Under the pieces are notes generated by a model. That model made no database searches and was not told the DNA's origin. It saw only the letters and a program-made list of their open reading frames with translations. From Nitrosopumilus sp. (GTDB lineage: Archaea; Thermoproteota; Nitrososphaeria; Nitrososphaerales; Nitrosopumilaceae), in NCBI GenBank assembly GCA_028448965.1, contig JAONQT010000001.1, positions 1 to 60,528 on the forward strand: a DNA stretch of 60,528 nucleotides, read 5' to 3'. Made by a program: the position numbers and the translations under genes. This document shows, piece after piece, positions 9,053-19,440 of this stretch (positions are counted from its first letter, which is position 1; the number at the start of each line of letters is the position of its first letter).

Positions 9053-10393
9053 TTAGAAGCCTTTTGGTAATGTTCCTCTAGAAGATTTAGAGGGTTTATC
9101 TTTTGTTTCTTCTTTAGGTTCATCGGGTTTTGCTTCAAATCCTTTTGGAAGTGTAGGTTTTGGTTTAGCAGAATCATCCGGTGTTGGTTCTGGTTGAGTT
9201 GTTGGTTCTGATTTATCATCATAAACATTTCTTGATTGTTGATAATCAGTATCACTTTTCAATTGTGCTTCACCTCTATTGGTTTGATATCCACCTGAAG
9301 ATGCACTTGTTTGATAACCAACAAGATTGCCAGGGTCAATTCCTTGTTGTCCTTGTGCTTGATTTTTCATTGATCTACTACTGATAAAGAAAAATCCAAT
9401 ACCTGCTACGGCAGCCATTCCAGCCATTCCATAAATAATCATGATTGGGAAACCACCAGTTGATGTTGTCATGTAATCCTCAGGAGGAGTTGGAGTAACA
9501 CCAATAATTTCAACACCATCTAAAATATCTAAAGCACCAAATCCAATCGAAGACAAGTTTGCGGTATCAGTAGATTGAACACTTCTTACAGTATAAGTTT
9601 CATCTGCCATTACTTCAGCTTCAAAGACACGTTCAACTTGTCTACCTTCTCTAATACTACTTTCACCCATAGTCCAACTTGAAACAACAAAGCCTTGAAT
9701 TGAGTCATCTAATCCAAATGTATTTGCATCAGCATTGATTCCAGTTGGATCAAATAAGAAATGCCAATTAGTTAATGGTTGTTCTACAATAAAATGAGCG
9801 TTAATTAATTCTCTATTCAAAACATTTTCAGCTTCAGTATTAACAAAAGTATTGTAGAGAATTGGTTCTTCAGTTTTCAAAGTGTCTAAAGGAATATTGA
9901 TTTCAACACCATCAATAACAATAGAAGATGTTGTTGTTAATCCTCTCCATCCTAAATCAACTAATTTTTTTTGAGAATCTTCAGTAATAATATAATCAGT
10001 AATAGTTCCCTCTAAAATTACACGATAGTCAATAGATGTTTGTAAATTTCTACCAGTTAATTGAAATTCATATAATACGTTTAAGTCAGAAACTCTTGCT
10101 TGACTTCCATCTTGTTGAATTCCGTCGTTAAGTTCCATCATTAATTTTTTAACTCCAGGGTTTGTTGCATCAGCAGTTCCAGCAGTTTTCCATTGGGTTC
10201 CACCTAAGGCGTCAAACAAATCACCACCATTTGGATATTCAATAAAGACAGTTTTGAGATAACTCATTTTAAATGGAGATTCAGCATTATTTGGATTAAG
10301 TGTAGTGTCTAATTGTGCACCCCAAGCAGGTGCACTTGAACCAATAACAATAAGACCAGCAAGTAAAATGGTTAAAAATATAGCCTTAGCCAC
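9053..10393 (-). CDS. secreted, C-terminally membrane-anchored protein with Pro/Lys/Glu-rich cytoplasmic tail
   Basis: Signal peptide (..APAWG), acidic ectodomain, TM segment IMIIYGMAGMAAVAGIGFFFI, tail carrying TLPKGF twice. Confidence 0.8.
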   Translation of the reverse strand: MAKAIFLTILLAGLIVIGSSAPAWGAQLDTTLNPNNAESPFKMSYLKTVFIEYPNGGDLFDALGGTQWKTAGTADATNPGVKKLMMELNDGIQQDGSQARVSDLNVLYEFQLTGRNLQTSIDYRVILEGTITDYIITEDSQKKLVDLGWRGLTTTSSIVIDGVEINIPLDTLKTEEPILYNTFVNTEAENVLNRELINAHFIVEQPLTNWHFLFDPTGINADANTFGLDDSIQGFVVSSWTMGESSIREGRQVERVFEAEVMADETYTVRSVQSTDTANLSSIGFGALDILDGVEIIGVTPTPPEDYMTTSTGGFPIMIIYGMAGMAAVAGIGFFFISSRSMKNQAQGQQGIDPGNLVGYQTSASSGGYQTNRGEAQLKSDTDYQQSRNVYDDKSEPTTQPEPTPDDSAKPKPTLPKGFEAKPDEPKEETKDKPSKSSRGTLPKGF

Positions 10394-10526
10394 GACTAAA
10401 ATCCGCCAAATAGCCGTAATAAACTTATCCTAATATTTTGGAATAAATGGTAAAATGACGAAATTAGGATCTTGTAAAAAGTAATATGGAGTAAGTATAA
10501 TTGGAATATAGTTTTAAGGATATGAT

Positions 10527-11447
10527 ATGATTACAGTACTAGCAGGTGGAACAGGATCGGTCAAACTCGTAAGAGGTTTGGTGGCTCAAGAGAAAAAAGT
10601 TAACGTAATTAGTAATGTAGGGGACAACTATTGGTTATACGGACTTTATGTATGCCCAGACATAGATACCATCATTTATGGGTTAGCAGATTTACTTGAC
10701 CAAGAAAAAGGATGGGGGATCAAAAAAGATACATTCAATTTTTTACGTCAAATGGAAGTATTTGGAGAAGACACATGGTTTGGAGTGGGAGATAGAGATG
10801 CAGCAACTCATTTGATTAGAACAAACATGTTAAAGAATGGGAAAAATCTAAGTGATATTACAAAATGGATGTGTGAAAAATTTGCAGTTTCTGCAAATAT
10901 TATTCCAGTTACAGATAATACTGTTGAAACAAGAATAACCACAAACAAAGGAGAATTACATTTACAAGAATATTGGGTAAAACATAGAGGGATGGATCCG
11001 GTAGAAGGTATTCAATACATTGGTGCAGATAAAGCAAGACCAAACCCAGAAGCAATTAATGCAATTCATGATGCAGATATGGTCATATTAGCACCAGGTA
11101 ATCCACTGACATCAATTGGTCCAATGTTACAAATTAAAGGAATTAGAAAAGAATTATCAAAAATTAAGAAAAAAGTTATTGCAGTAAGTCCATTAATTGG
11201 AGATAATTCAATTAGTGGTCCAGCAGCAAAATACATGCAAGCTGCAGGAATAGAATCCAACGCATATGGGTTAGCAAAAATGTATTCAGATGTATGCTCA
11301 AAGGTAATTGTAGATACAAAAGATAAAGCACTTGTTAGTAAAATCCAAGGATTAGATATGAAAGCATATGAAACTAAAATTACCATGAAAAATAAATTAG
11401 CAGAAGAAGCATTAGCAAATTTCATTTTAAAACAAGTGCACGTTTAA
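10527..11447 (+). CDS. cofD: 2-phospho-L-lactate transferase (F420 biosynthesis)
   Basis: LAGGTG, NVGDN, CPDIDT, GDRD.ATH, QEYWV, PGNPLTSIGP. Confidence 0.95.
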   Translation: MITVLAGGTGSVKLVRGLVAQEKKVNVISNVGDNYWLYGLYVCPDIDTIIYGLADLLDQEKGWGIKKDTFNFLRQMEVFGEDTWFGVGDRDAATHLIRTNMLKNGKNLSDITKWMCEKFAVSANIIPVTDNTVETRITTNKGELHLQEYWVKHRGMDPVEGIQYIGADKARPNPEAINAIHDADMVILAPGNPLTSIGPMLQIKGIRKELSKIKKKVIAVSPLIGDNSISGPAAKYMQAAGIESNAYGLAKMYSDVCSKVIVDTKDKALVSKIQGLDMKAYETKITMKNKLAEEALANFILKQVHV

Positions 11448-11448
11448 T

Positions 11449-12081
11449 TTGAAAATAGCAGCAATAATTCCAGTAAAGACATTTTCAAACGCAAAAACAA
11501 GATTACAATTACCTACAGAAAAAGTAGAAGAATTATGTAAAATTATGTTAGAAGAAATATTACAAGTATTGTCAACAACATCAAAAATTGAAGAGATAAT
11601 TTTAGTGACAAAAGAACAAAAAGCAATTGAAATGGGTAAAAAATTTAACACAATTACAATTATAGATGAAAAGGAAGAAGGGGTAAATCAAGCAGTTTCT
11701 CTTACAGACAAATATCTACTAGAAAATAATTTTATTGCATCAGTTGTATTTCCTCAAGACATACCAAATATTAAAACAGAAGATGTGGATTTCATTTTAA
11801 AACATCAACTACATCCAAATTTTGCAATAATAGTTCCATCACGAAAGTTTGACGGAACAAATGCGCTAGTAAGAATGCCAATAGATCTCATGAAAACTCA
11901 CTATGATGACAATAGTTATAGAAATCATATGTTAACGGCAAAAGAACATACAATGAATGTTGCAATGGTCTTTGTTAAAAGAGTAATGTTAGATGTGGAT
12001 AGTCAAGAGGATTTAGAATTTTTATTAGAACAGAATGAAAAACCAGAATTAGTAGAGAAAATTAAAAAAATTCTAAATTAA
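11449..12081 (+). CDS. cofC: 2-phospho-L-lactate guanylyltransferase
   Basis: IPVKTFSNAKTRL, DIP, DGTNAL, LDVD; directly follows cofD. Confidence 0.93.
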   Translation: MKIAAIIPVKTFSNAKTRLQLPTEKVEELCKIMLEEILQVLSTTSKIEEIILVTKEQKAIEMGKKFNTITIIDEKEEGVNQAVSLTDKYLLENNFIASVVFPQDIPNIKTEDVDFILKHQLHPNFAIIVPSRKFDGTNALVRMPIDLMKTHYDDNSYRNHMLTAKEHTMNVAMVFVKRVMLDVDSQEDLEFLLEQNEKPELVEKIKKILN

Positions 12082-13053
12082 AGATTTTTTTAAGTAAAAT
12101 TTATTTAAAATTAAAATAATTACAGCCAAAATTCCAGATGATAGAAATAAGAATTCTAATGTAGACATTAATGGATTAGAAAATGCAATCTCCAAAGGAA
12201 CATAATTTATTTGAGAAATAAAGTGGGCATATGCGAAAATAAAATAATTTGTAGCCCAATGAATTAAAATAGATACAACAATCCCATATCTAAAATATAC
12301 CCAACCTAAAATAATACCACCCGCAGTTGCTTGCGCAAATTTACCTTCGCTCCATGAATCAGTAAATGCAATATGAGCAAATCCAAACGCGATACCTACA
12401 AAAACAATTATGAAAATTGCTTTTTTAGAATTAATTATATTTAATGAATTAGGATTCCACAAGCATTTTAAAAAATAACGTAGTGAGGCTCTGCCAGAAT
12501 ATATTACAAATAAAGGAATGCCAATCAAAATAATACGAAAAATAAATTCTTCAAGTAGAGGTGCAAGAGAAACATAGAAAAATTGAATCAAATTATTACC
12601 TCCAAGAGGAGGAATAGTAATTATTCCAAAAGACTCCTGAATAAAATTAATCACTGCAGAAACTAGAATTAGTATAGATAACCATTTTGCAACAGCAAAC
12701 ATATAATTTAATTTAACATCATAGTAACCCATGGAAATTAATGATGAAATAGATTTTAGAAAATTTTGTTTAGGACCAAGAATAGAAATAACAAAAATTC
12801 CAAGATAAAATATCCATAAAAGTACAAATGCATCACCAACACTCAGGTCAAAAGAAGATTGATACAAACTAGTTTCATGAAAAATATCCAAGTGAGTGAT
12901 AGGATAATCATAATTAATCTCATCTCCAATATTGGTTTCAAATACAATGTAAATTCCAATAGGAAAAGAGATTAGAAGTAAGCCAAAAATTACAGACAGT
13001 AAGGCAGTAAAAGGAATTCCAAATAATTGAAGTAACTTATTTCTATTTTGCAA
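12073..13053 (-). CDS. CPBP/Abi family intramembrane metalloprotease
   Basis: EEFIFR, FGFAH, HWATN. Confidence 0.9.
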   Translation of the reverse strand: MQNRNKLLQLFGIPFTALLSVIFGLLLISFPIGIYIVFETNIGDEINYDYPITHLDIFHETSLYQSSFDLSVGDAFVLLWIFYLGIFVISILGPKQNFLKSISSLISMGYYDVKLNYMFAVAKWLSILILVSAVINFIQESFGIITIPPLGGNNLIQFFYVSLAPLLEEFIFRIILIGIPLFVIYSGRASLRYFLKCLWNPNSLNIINSKKAIFIIVFVGIAFGFAHIAFTDSWSEGKFAQATAGGIILGWVYFRYGIVVSILIHWATNYFIFAYAHFISQINYVPLEIAFSNPLMSTLEFLFLSSGILAVIILILNKFYLKKSLI

Positions 13054-13060
13054 TTTTTTT

Positions 13061-13369
13061 CTAATGAAGTTCTATAGTATCTTCTGCAAAACCCAAATGA
13101 ACTAGAGTATCCTTAATTGTGTCTCTATGATCACCTTGTAAGAAAATATAGCCTTCTTTTGCGGTACCGCCACAAGCATATTTATTTTTAAGATCTTTAG
13201 CAACAGTTTCTAAATTATTTAACTTTGGATCGAGACCTTCAATCATAGTACCTTTTTTCTTAAATCGTCTAGTTTCTAATCGAATTATAATTTTAGTGCT
13301 ATCTTTTGCAAGTTCTCCACATGCACACAAGTCTTCAGGTAGACCACAAGTATTACAAATTACTGCCAT
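13061..13369 (-). CDS. translation initiation factor aIF-1 (SUI1 family)
   Basis: CGLPEDLC, LKNKYACGGT, LQGDHR. Confidence 0.93.
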   Translation of the reverse strand: MAVICNTCGLPEDLCACGELAKDSTKIIIRLETRRFKKKGTMIEGLDPKLNNLETVAKDLKNKYACGGTAKEGYIFLQGDHRDTIKDTLVHLGFAEDTIELH

Positions 13370-13467
13370 ACGTTCGAAATGAATTCAATGATACGCACTA
13401 TTAAGCCTTGTTTGACAGGAAAATAAAAAATAATCATATTTTTTACATCCAAAAATAATGAAAATGT

Positions 13468-13782
13468 ATGTCAGAAGAACTAAGGAAAAAAGCAGCTGAA
13501 ATGCTGTTAAACGGTGCAACGTTACTTAGTGAACCATGTCCATATTGTAAAGGAGTTAGAGTGATGAAAGAAGGACAAGCATTATGTACAAAATGTGGAC
13601 GTGAACCAGAAAAAAGAGAAATCATAATTGGAAAAAAAGATGAAAACCCTCTAAAAAAGACACTAGAGAGAAAATTAGAGTCATTATCAAAAGAATTAGA
13701 ACAAGAGATGAATCATGATAAACAGCAAGACATACTCAAATCTATTAATTCAGTATTAGAAATGATAGAGAAAATTAAATAA
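13468..13782 (+). CDS. autoantigen p27/UPF0148-like zinc-ribbon protein
   Basis: AEMLLNGATLLSEPCPYC...CTKC followed by a coiled coil. Confidence 0.85.
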   Translation: MSEELRKKAAEMLLNGATLLSEPCPYCKGVRVMKEGQALCTKCGREPEKREIIIGKKDENPLKKTLERKLESLSKELEQEMNHDKQQDILKSINSVLEMIEKIK

Positions 13783-13825
13783 AATAATAAAGTTTTTATG
13801 TTAAAATTCATTGTTTTGAATCATA

Positions 13826-13990
13826 ATGGCAGATAAAAAAGCAGCTCCACTTCCAGCATCAAGTGGAGGTCTTATGAGATTCTTTGAAGATGAAACAAAA
13901 GGTTTCAAGATAGATCCAAGAATAGTAGTTTCAATTCCAATTAGTTTAATTGCAATTTCATGGATAGCAGACCTATTTTTTGCTCCGTGA
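13826..13990 (+). CDS. preprotein translocase subunit Sec61beta (54 aa; missing from the ORF track)
   Basis: MADKKAAPLPASSGGLMRFFEDETKGFKIDPRIVV followed by a TM helix. Confidence 0.9.
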   Translation: MADKKAAPLPASSGGLMRFFEDETKGFKIDPRIVVSIPISLIAISWIADLFFAP

Positions 13991-13997
13991 AAAAACA

Positions 13998-15740
13998 ATG
14001 GAACAAGAATCAGATGACGTTTCAAATATTCATAATAGATTTTCACTTACTTTAGTAAATCCAGGATCAAAGTATTTTTCACTGGTAGGCTCATTAGTAG
14101 TAGGAATAGTAATTGTACTTGCAACATATTTTGGATATCTCGACTTAGAGTTCAATGAATTTTGGTACAAGATACCAATGGTATTAGGAATAATGGTAGC
14201 AATGCAAATGCTAGACATAAAATTTGCAAAGAAAAAAGAATATTCAAAATCATTACATTCATCACTTTTTGGAAACATGCTTTGGGTAGTTACAATCCTA
14301 ATGGGAATACTATCAAGTGTAGTATTATCAAAAGACACATCACTGTTTTTCATTACATTTGGAATGATACTTTTTGCAAGTTTTAGAATTGGTCTATACA
14401 CAACAACATTAGGGGCAAGTCTGAAAAAAGCATGGGCAATTGCATTCATTCAACCACTAGCAATGTTTTTGGTACTGATTCCACAAGAATCATGGATTCC
14501 AATGCTTACTAACCCAATTGCATTAGGATATGGATTTACATTTTTAATTATTGCAACTGCATGGTCAGTAGTAACAGATAGAGCTGGAAGACCAGGAATG
14601 AAAAGTACACATAAAACAATTCAAGCATATCTTGCATCTCAAGGTAACGATGTTAGTGATGCTGAAGAATTAATGGGAGAACATGCAACTGAAACAAAAG
14701 TAGGAACATTGCAAATTAGATTTTCTTCAGAAGATGAAACTAAATTTACAATGGTATTACCAGAGATACATCCAGGGCCGTATCACCCAGTAGGAGGCAG
14801 TAATATTCCATACTTAATTTATAAAAATTTATCATCATCTGCAATGATAATGCATAGTATTTCAGATCATGCATTAAATTTACCATCACGAAATGAAGTA
14901 GACAATTATCTAAAAAATCTACAAAATTATGAAATAAAGGAAAAAGGTATGAAATGTACAGAACCAGTAGTAGTACAAATCAATAAAGCAAGAGTTACAG
15001 GAATGCTTTTTGGAAATAATCCATTGTTATTGTTATCATTATCACCACACGGTATGGAGGATATTCCAAGTTACATGAAAAAAGAAATAGAACAATATGG
15101 TAAAAATAGAAATTTTACAAAAGTAATGGCAGTAGATTGTCACAATGCAATGGGAGAAGAAATATCAAAAGAAGATGGTGAAGATATGTTAAAAGCTGCT
15201 AAATCATGTTTGGATTCATTAATTACAAAAGAAAATTATCCAATTGAATTAGGATATGCCAATACAAATGACATGGATGTATGGACAGAAGATCTTGCAA
15301 ATGGAGGACTAGGAATCACATGTCTAAAAATTAATAATAAAAAATATTTTCTTGGATGGGCAGATGCAAATAATATGGAAAATGGGATCAGAGAGAAAAT
15401 TATAGAAAAATTTTCAAATAAAGGATATAATTTATTAGAAATTTGTACATCAGATACGCACTATGCAGCAGTTAAAGCAAGAAATAGAAATGGGTATTAT
15501 CAGTTAGGACTAATTACAAGCGGAGATAAACTTTCAAAGTGGTTTATGGAAATTGCAGAAAAATCACAGTCAGATATAAAATCAGCAAAATATGAAATTT
15601 TAGAAAATGAAACCAAAGTCAGAGTTATGGGTAAGAGTATCTATGAAGATTATTCAAAAGCTTTAGACAACTCATTGAAAATTACCAAAATTTTTGTATT
15701 TGCAAGTCTAGGATTATTCATCACTAGTCTGTTTCTATAG
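13998..15740 (+). CDS. DUF2070-family membrane protein
   Basis: N-terminal TMs, then IHPGP, MHSISDH, VDCHN, DANNM, TSDTH; ATG 13998 avoids overlap with Sec61beta. Confidence 0.85.
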   Translation: MEQESDDVSNIHNRFSLTLVNPGSKYFSLVGSLVVGIVIVLATYFGYLDLEFNEFWYKIPMVLGIMVAMQMLDIKFAKKKEYSKSLHSSLFGNMLWVVTILMGILSSVVLSKDTSLFFITFGMILFASFRIGLYTTTLGASLKKAWAIAFIQPLAMFLVLIPQESWIPMLTNPIALGYGFTFLIIATAWSVVTDRAGRPGMKSTHKTIQAYLASQGNDVSDAEELMGEHATETKVGTLQIRFSSEDETKFTMVLPEIHPGPYHPVGGSNIPYLIYKNLSSSAMIMHSISDHALNLPSRNEVDNYLKNLQNYEIKEKGMKCTEPVVVQINKARVTGMLFGNNPLLLLSLSPHGMEDIPSYMKKEIEQYGKNRNFTKVMAVDCHNAMGEEISKEDGEDMLKAAKSCLDSLITKENYPIELGYANTNDMDVWTEDLANGGLGITCLKINNKKYFLGWADANNMENGIREKIIEKFSNKGYNLLEICTSDTHYAAVKARNRNGYYQLGLITSGDKLSKWFMEIAEKSQSDIKSAKYEILENETKVRVMGKSIYEDYSKALDNSLKITKIFVFASLGLFITSLFL

Positions 15741-16359
15741 TTTTCATCTGATCAATGTTACCATAAAATTCATCAATAAATGAAGAGAATTGAAAAATAG
15801 GTACAATTGGAACCTTGTCAATAAAATCAATTTTGTCTTGATATAGAGTTACAATAACAGGTACAGCCATAGATCCAGGAGTTTTTTCAACATAGTGTTT
15901 TGTTCTTTCAATTTGTTTATGAACCGCAGATGTTAATGATGATAAACTATATTTTTTCCAATGTTTGCAATCAATCAATATTGCAATCCCCAATCTAATT
16001 CCAACAACATCAATTTCCATTCTAGGTTTTGTTAACATTAAATTTTTGATTACTGCAAAATTTTTTAAAGATAAAATTTCACCAGTTAAACCTTCAAAAT
16101 CTCTCCAATCAAGTGCAACTGAAATTTCATCTAAAGGAAAACCATTTTGAAGTAAAATAATAGCAATTCTTAATTTATCTCCATCTTCAAAATAATAAAA
16201 ATTATCTTTTAGAGTTCCAATACCATTATTGATAAAATTATTTAGAATATCTTCAGAATCATTCTCATCAATTTGAGTTACTTTAGAAAAATCCTTAACA
16301 GATACACCACCTTGAATGATACCATTTAAACCAACAATCATTTTAGGATGAGTTTTCAA
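15724..16359 (-). CDS. PD-(D/E)XK restriction-endonuclease-fold protein (Mrr-like)
   Basis: WRDFE...EIDVVG...IDCKHW. Confidence 0.75.
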   Translation of the reverse strand: MKTHPKMIVGLNGIIQGGVSVKDFSKVTQIDENDSEDILNNFINNGIGTLKDNFYYFEDGDKLRIAIILLQNGFPLDEISVALDWRDFEGLTGEILSLKNFAVIKNLMLTKPRMEIDVVGIRLGIAILIDCKHWKKYSLSSLTSAVHKQIERTKHYVEKTPGSMAVPVIVTLYQDKIDFIDKVPIVPIFQFSSFIDEFYGNIDQMKTIETD

Positions 16360-16458
16360 TTATAATTTTTGATTAATATCATAGATATAGGTTTTAGGTG
16401 ATTACTAAATCAAATAATTACGATATAGGTTTTATTACAACTACTAAAAAATAAGGGT

Positions 16459-18930
16459 ATGAGAAAAATGCTAGTAATCATACTAGCTCTTTCAATAATA
16501 GCAATTACACATAATGAATCATTTGCAGAAAAAAATACATTTGTAGATTCAATCAAATTTATCCAATATTTAGATGAAAATACAGCATTAGAAGAAGTAA
16601 GAAACGGTAATCTACATTTGTATTATAGCAAAATTTCATCAGATAGATTAGAAAATAATGAAGCACGAGAAGGATTGAAAATTTTTGATTCCACAGGTGG
16701 ATCATATAGTTTACTAGTAAATCCAGCAGAATCAAAAAAATTTAATCCATTTTCAAATAACGATGCTAGATTTGCCTTAAATTATTTAGTTGATAGAAAA
16801 CTAATTGTTAATGAATTAATGGGAGGATATGGTTCATCAATTATCTCATATTACGGACCAACGGATCCAGAATACCTTACAATAATCAAAGAGTTAGAAT
16901 CATTTAATTTCAAATATAACCCCACATTAGCAGAAGAAACTATCTCAAAATCAATGACAGAAAGAGGTGCATTGAAAATAGATGATAAATGGACAATGTA
17001 TGAAGAAGAAATTGAAATCAGGATTTTTATCAGAAGTGATGATCCAGTTAGAAAATCAATTGGAGAAATATTATCAGTAGAATTAGAAAAAATTGGATTT
17101 ACAGTAAAAAAAGATTATGGTGATTTGAATAAAGCATTTGTTGTAGTGTATGGTTCAAATCCAGCAGATTTGAATTGGAATCTATACACGGAAGGATGGG
17201 GACGTTCTGCATTTGTAAAATATGATTCAATAGGATTAGGTCAAATGTATTCACCATGGTTTTCAAATATGCCAGGCTTCAATGATCCAACATATTGGAA
17301 TTATGAAAATAAAAAGTTAGACGACATAACTCAAAAAATATACAAAGGGGATTTTGAAACTGCAGAAAAAAGATCACAATTAATTCGAGATGCAATAACA
17401 GAAGGAATCAACGAATCAGTAAGAATTTTTTTAGCAAGTAAAATAGATCAGTATGTAGTTAATGAAAATGTTGAAGGAGTGATTAATGATTTAGGTGCAG
17501 GAGTACCAAGTAGATTTACACCAATAAATGTAAAAATTAATGATGAAGAATTAGTAATTGGCGTAAAGCAAATTTATCAAGGAGCATGGAATCCAATTAT
17601 GGGCCTAACAGATACGTATAGTAGACAAATTTGGGGAATAATTTCAGACCCAGTAACATTCAAGCATCCATTTACAGGTGAAACATTTCCAGTTAGAGCA
17701 GAATGGAAAGTTGAAACATCGGGATTAAATGGAAAAATTAAGGTTCCAAATGAGGCTAAAATGTGGAATCCAACATCACAGGAATGGAATATTGTACCTA
17801 CAAATACACTTGCAACAAGTAAAGTAACTTTTGATTTTAAGTTCAGCAAATGGCATAATGGGGAATCAATGGATATGAAGGATATTTTACATTCATTATA
17901 TTTTACAATTGAATGGGGAACACAAAGTAACGAAAATGATAAAACATTTGATACAGAATTCACACCAAGGGCAACACAAAGTATTCAGACAATCATAGGA
18001 ATAAATCAAATTGATGAGGATACAATTGAAGTATATGTAGATTATTGGCATTTTGATGAAAATGAAATTGCAGAATGGGCTGCATTATGGAGTCCAGTTC
18101 CATGGGAAATAACAACTGCCATGGAAAAAGCAGTTATGGATGGAAAAGTATCATTTTCAAGATCAGGAGCTACAAGTAAAAATGTGAATTGGTTATCATT
18201 AATTGTTCCAAAAGATGCAGAAATAATTAAAGAAAATTTGGAAATATACAAAAAAAATAATTTTATTCCAAATGCATTAAAACAAAATGAGAGTGAACAA
18301 AAATATTATGAAAACAGATATGATTCATCAATTAAATGGATTGAAAAAAATAATCATGCAGTGATTAGTAATGGACCATTTTATTTAGAATCATATATTC
18401 CAGAAGCAAGAACAATAACAGTAAAAGCATTTGAAGATGACTCATATCCATTTAAAATTGGGAAATGGTCAGAATTTGAAAAAATACAATTCCCAAAGAT
18501 ACAAAAAATTAAAATGAATGAAATAATTCAATATGGGGAAAATATGAATATTGAAATTGAAACTGAAAATGCACATTCATTATTGTATTTTTTAGTAGAT
18601 GGTAAAGGTGAAATCCAAGCAGAAGAGAAAATAAAAATAAAGGAAAATATATCAGTCATAAAAATATCACCAAATTTAACCAAAAATTTGCAAATAGGTG
18701 CAAATAGTATCAAAATATTTGTAATTTCAGATAAAGTATTAAAATCAGATTTCTACGAATCAAGCTTTCTAGTTACTGAGAACAATGTAGACTTACCTAT
18801 GACGGCAATCAAGAGAACAAATATGGAAAACCAAATAAATTATGATTTATTGGTAATTCCAATCATAGTGATTGTAATAATTGCAATCACTACAATATAT
18901 GTAAAAATAAAATATCAGAGTAAATTATAA
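16459..18930 (+). CDS. ABC transporter substrate-binding protein, family 5 (peptide/nickel)
   Basis: Signal peptide, NPF..RFALNYLVDR, KWHNG, SNGPF, C-terminal TM anchor. Confidence 0.88.
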   Translation: MRKMLVIILALSIIAITHNESFAEKNTFVDSIKFIQYLDENTALEEVRNGNLHLYYSKISSDRLENNEAREGLKIFDSTGGSYSLLVNPAESKKFNPFSNNDARFALNYLVDRKLIVNELMGGYGSSIISYYGPTDPEYLTIIKELESFNFKYNPTLAEETISKSMTERGALKIDDKWTMYEEEIEIRIFIRSDDPVRKSIGEILSVELEKIGFTVKKDYGDLNKAFVVVYGSNPADLNWNLYTEGWGRSAFVKYDSIGLGQMYSPWFSNMPGFNDPTYWNYENKKLDDITQKIYKGDFETAEKRSQLIRDAITEGINESVRIFLASKIDQYVVNENVEGVINDLGAGVPSRFTPINVKINDEELVIGVKQIYQGAWNPIMGLTDTYSRQIWGIISDPVTFKHPFTGETFPVRAEWKVETSGLNGKIKVPNEAKMWNPTSQEWNIVPTNTLATSKVTFDFKFSKWHNGESMDMKDILHSLYFTIEWGTQSNENDKTFDTEFTPRATQSIQTIIGINQIDEDTIEVYVDYWHFDENEIAEWAALWSPVPWEITTAMEKAVMDGKVSFSRSGATSKNVNWLSLIVPKDAEIIKENLEIYKKNNFIPNALKQNESEQKYYENRYDSSIKWIEKNNHAVISNGPFYLESYIPEARTITVKAFEDDSYPFKIGKWSEFEKIQFPKIQKIKMNEIIQYGENMNIEIETENAHSLLYFLVDGKGEIQAEEKIKIKENISVIKISPNLTKNLQIGANSIKIFVISDKVLKSDFYESSFLVTENNVDLPMTAIKRTNMENQINYDLLVIPIIVIVIIAITTIYVKIKYQSKL

Positions 18931-19406
18931 TCATTTAAAATAATTTGAATTTGTTGCTCATTTTCAGCTTTAGAATAATCATTCAATAGATTCTGATTTA
19001 ATTCATAGAAAGTATGTCCCCACTTGAATTTATTTAATAATTCAAGACTTTGTTCTTTAAAACCAAGAATGAATAAAGAGCCCGATAAAGCTTCAGCAGT
19101 AGTCAATTTATTTAATTTGGAATAATTTACAGGGTTTCCAGCCAATAAGGGAGGCAATTTTCTTTTAATACCATTAAATTTTTGAGAGAATGCATGATCT
19201 GCCAGATTCCAAGAACAATCAATACCAACAATGGCGTTAACAACAAACCTGTCTTTTGGAAGCAAAGTTTTTTCTGAAAAAGGATCTAATACTAACCCCT
19301 TTGAACCAATTTTTTTAATATTTTTAGCAAGACCAAATTTGACCATTTTTGCAGCAGTACATTTCTTAGGATCATCTTGATAAAACATTAAAACTTGTAA
19401 TTTCAA
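18915..19406 (-). CDS. tsr3: 16S rRNA aminocarboxypropyltransferase (DUF367)
   Basis: DDPKKCTA, IDCSW, LPPLLAGNPVNY, KFKWGHTF. Confidence 0.93.
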   Translation of the reverse strand: MKLQVLMFYQDDPKKCTAAKMVKFGLAKNIKKIGSKGLVLDPFSEKTLLPKDRFVVNAIVGIDCSWNLADHAFSQKFNGIKRKLPPLLAGNPVNYSKLNKLTTAEALSGSLFILGFKEQSLELLNKFKWGHTFYELNQNLLNDYSKAENEQQIQIILNDYNLL

Positions 19407-19440
19407 TTTAATTAATTATAAAATTAGCAGTATTTTGAAT

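Noticed and set aside
13801-14046. 81-aa minus-strand ORF
   Set aside because: It is antisense to the clearly recognisable Sec61beta gene.
15724-16359. Restriction-modification or defence island around the PD-(D/E)XK gene
   Set aside because: No adjacent DNA methyltransferase or mobility genes; the gene is embedded among core genes.
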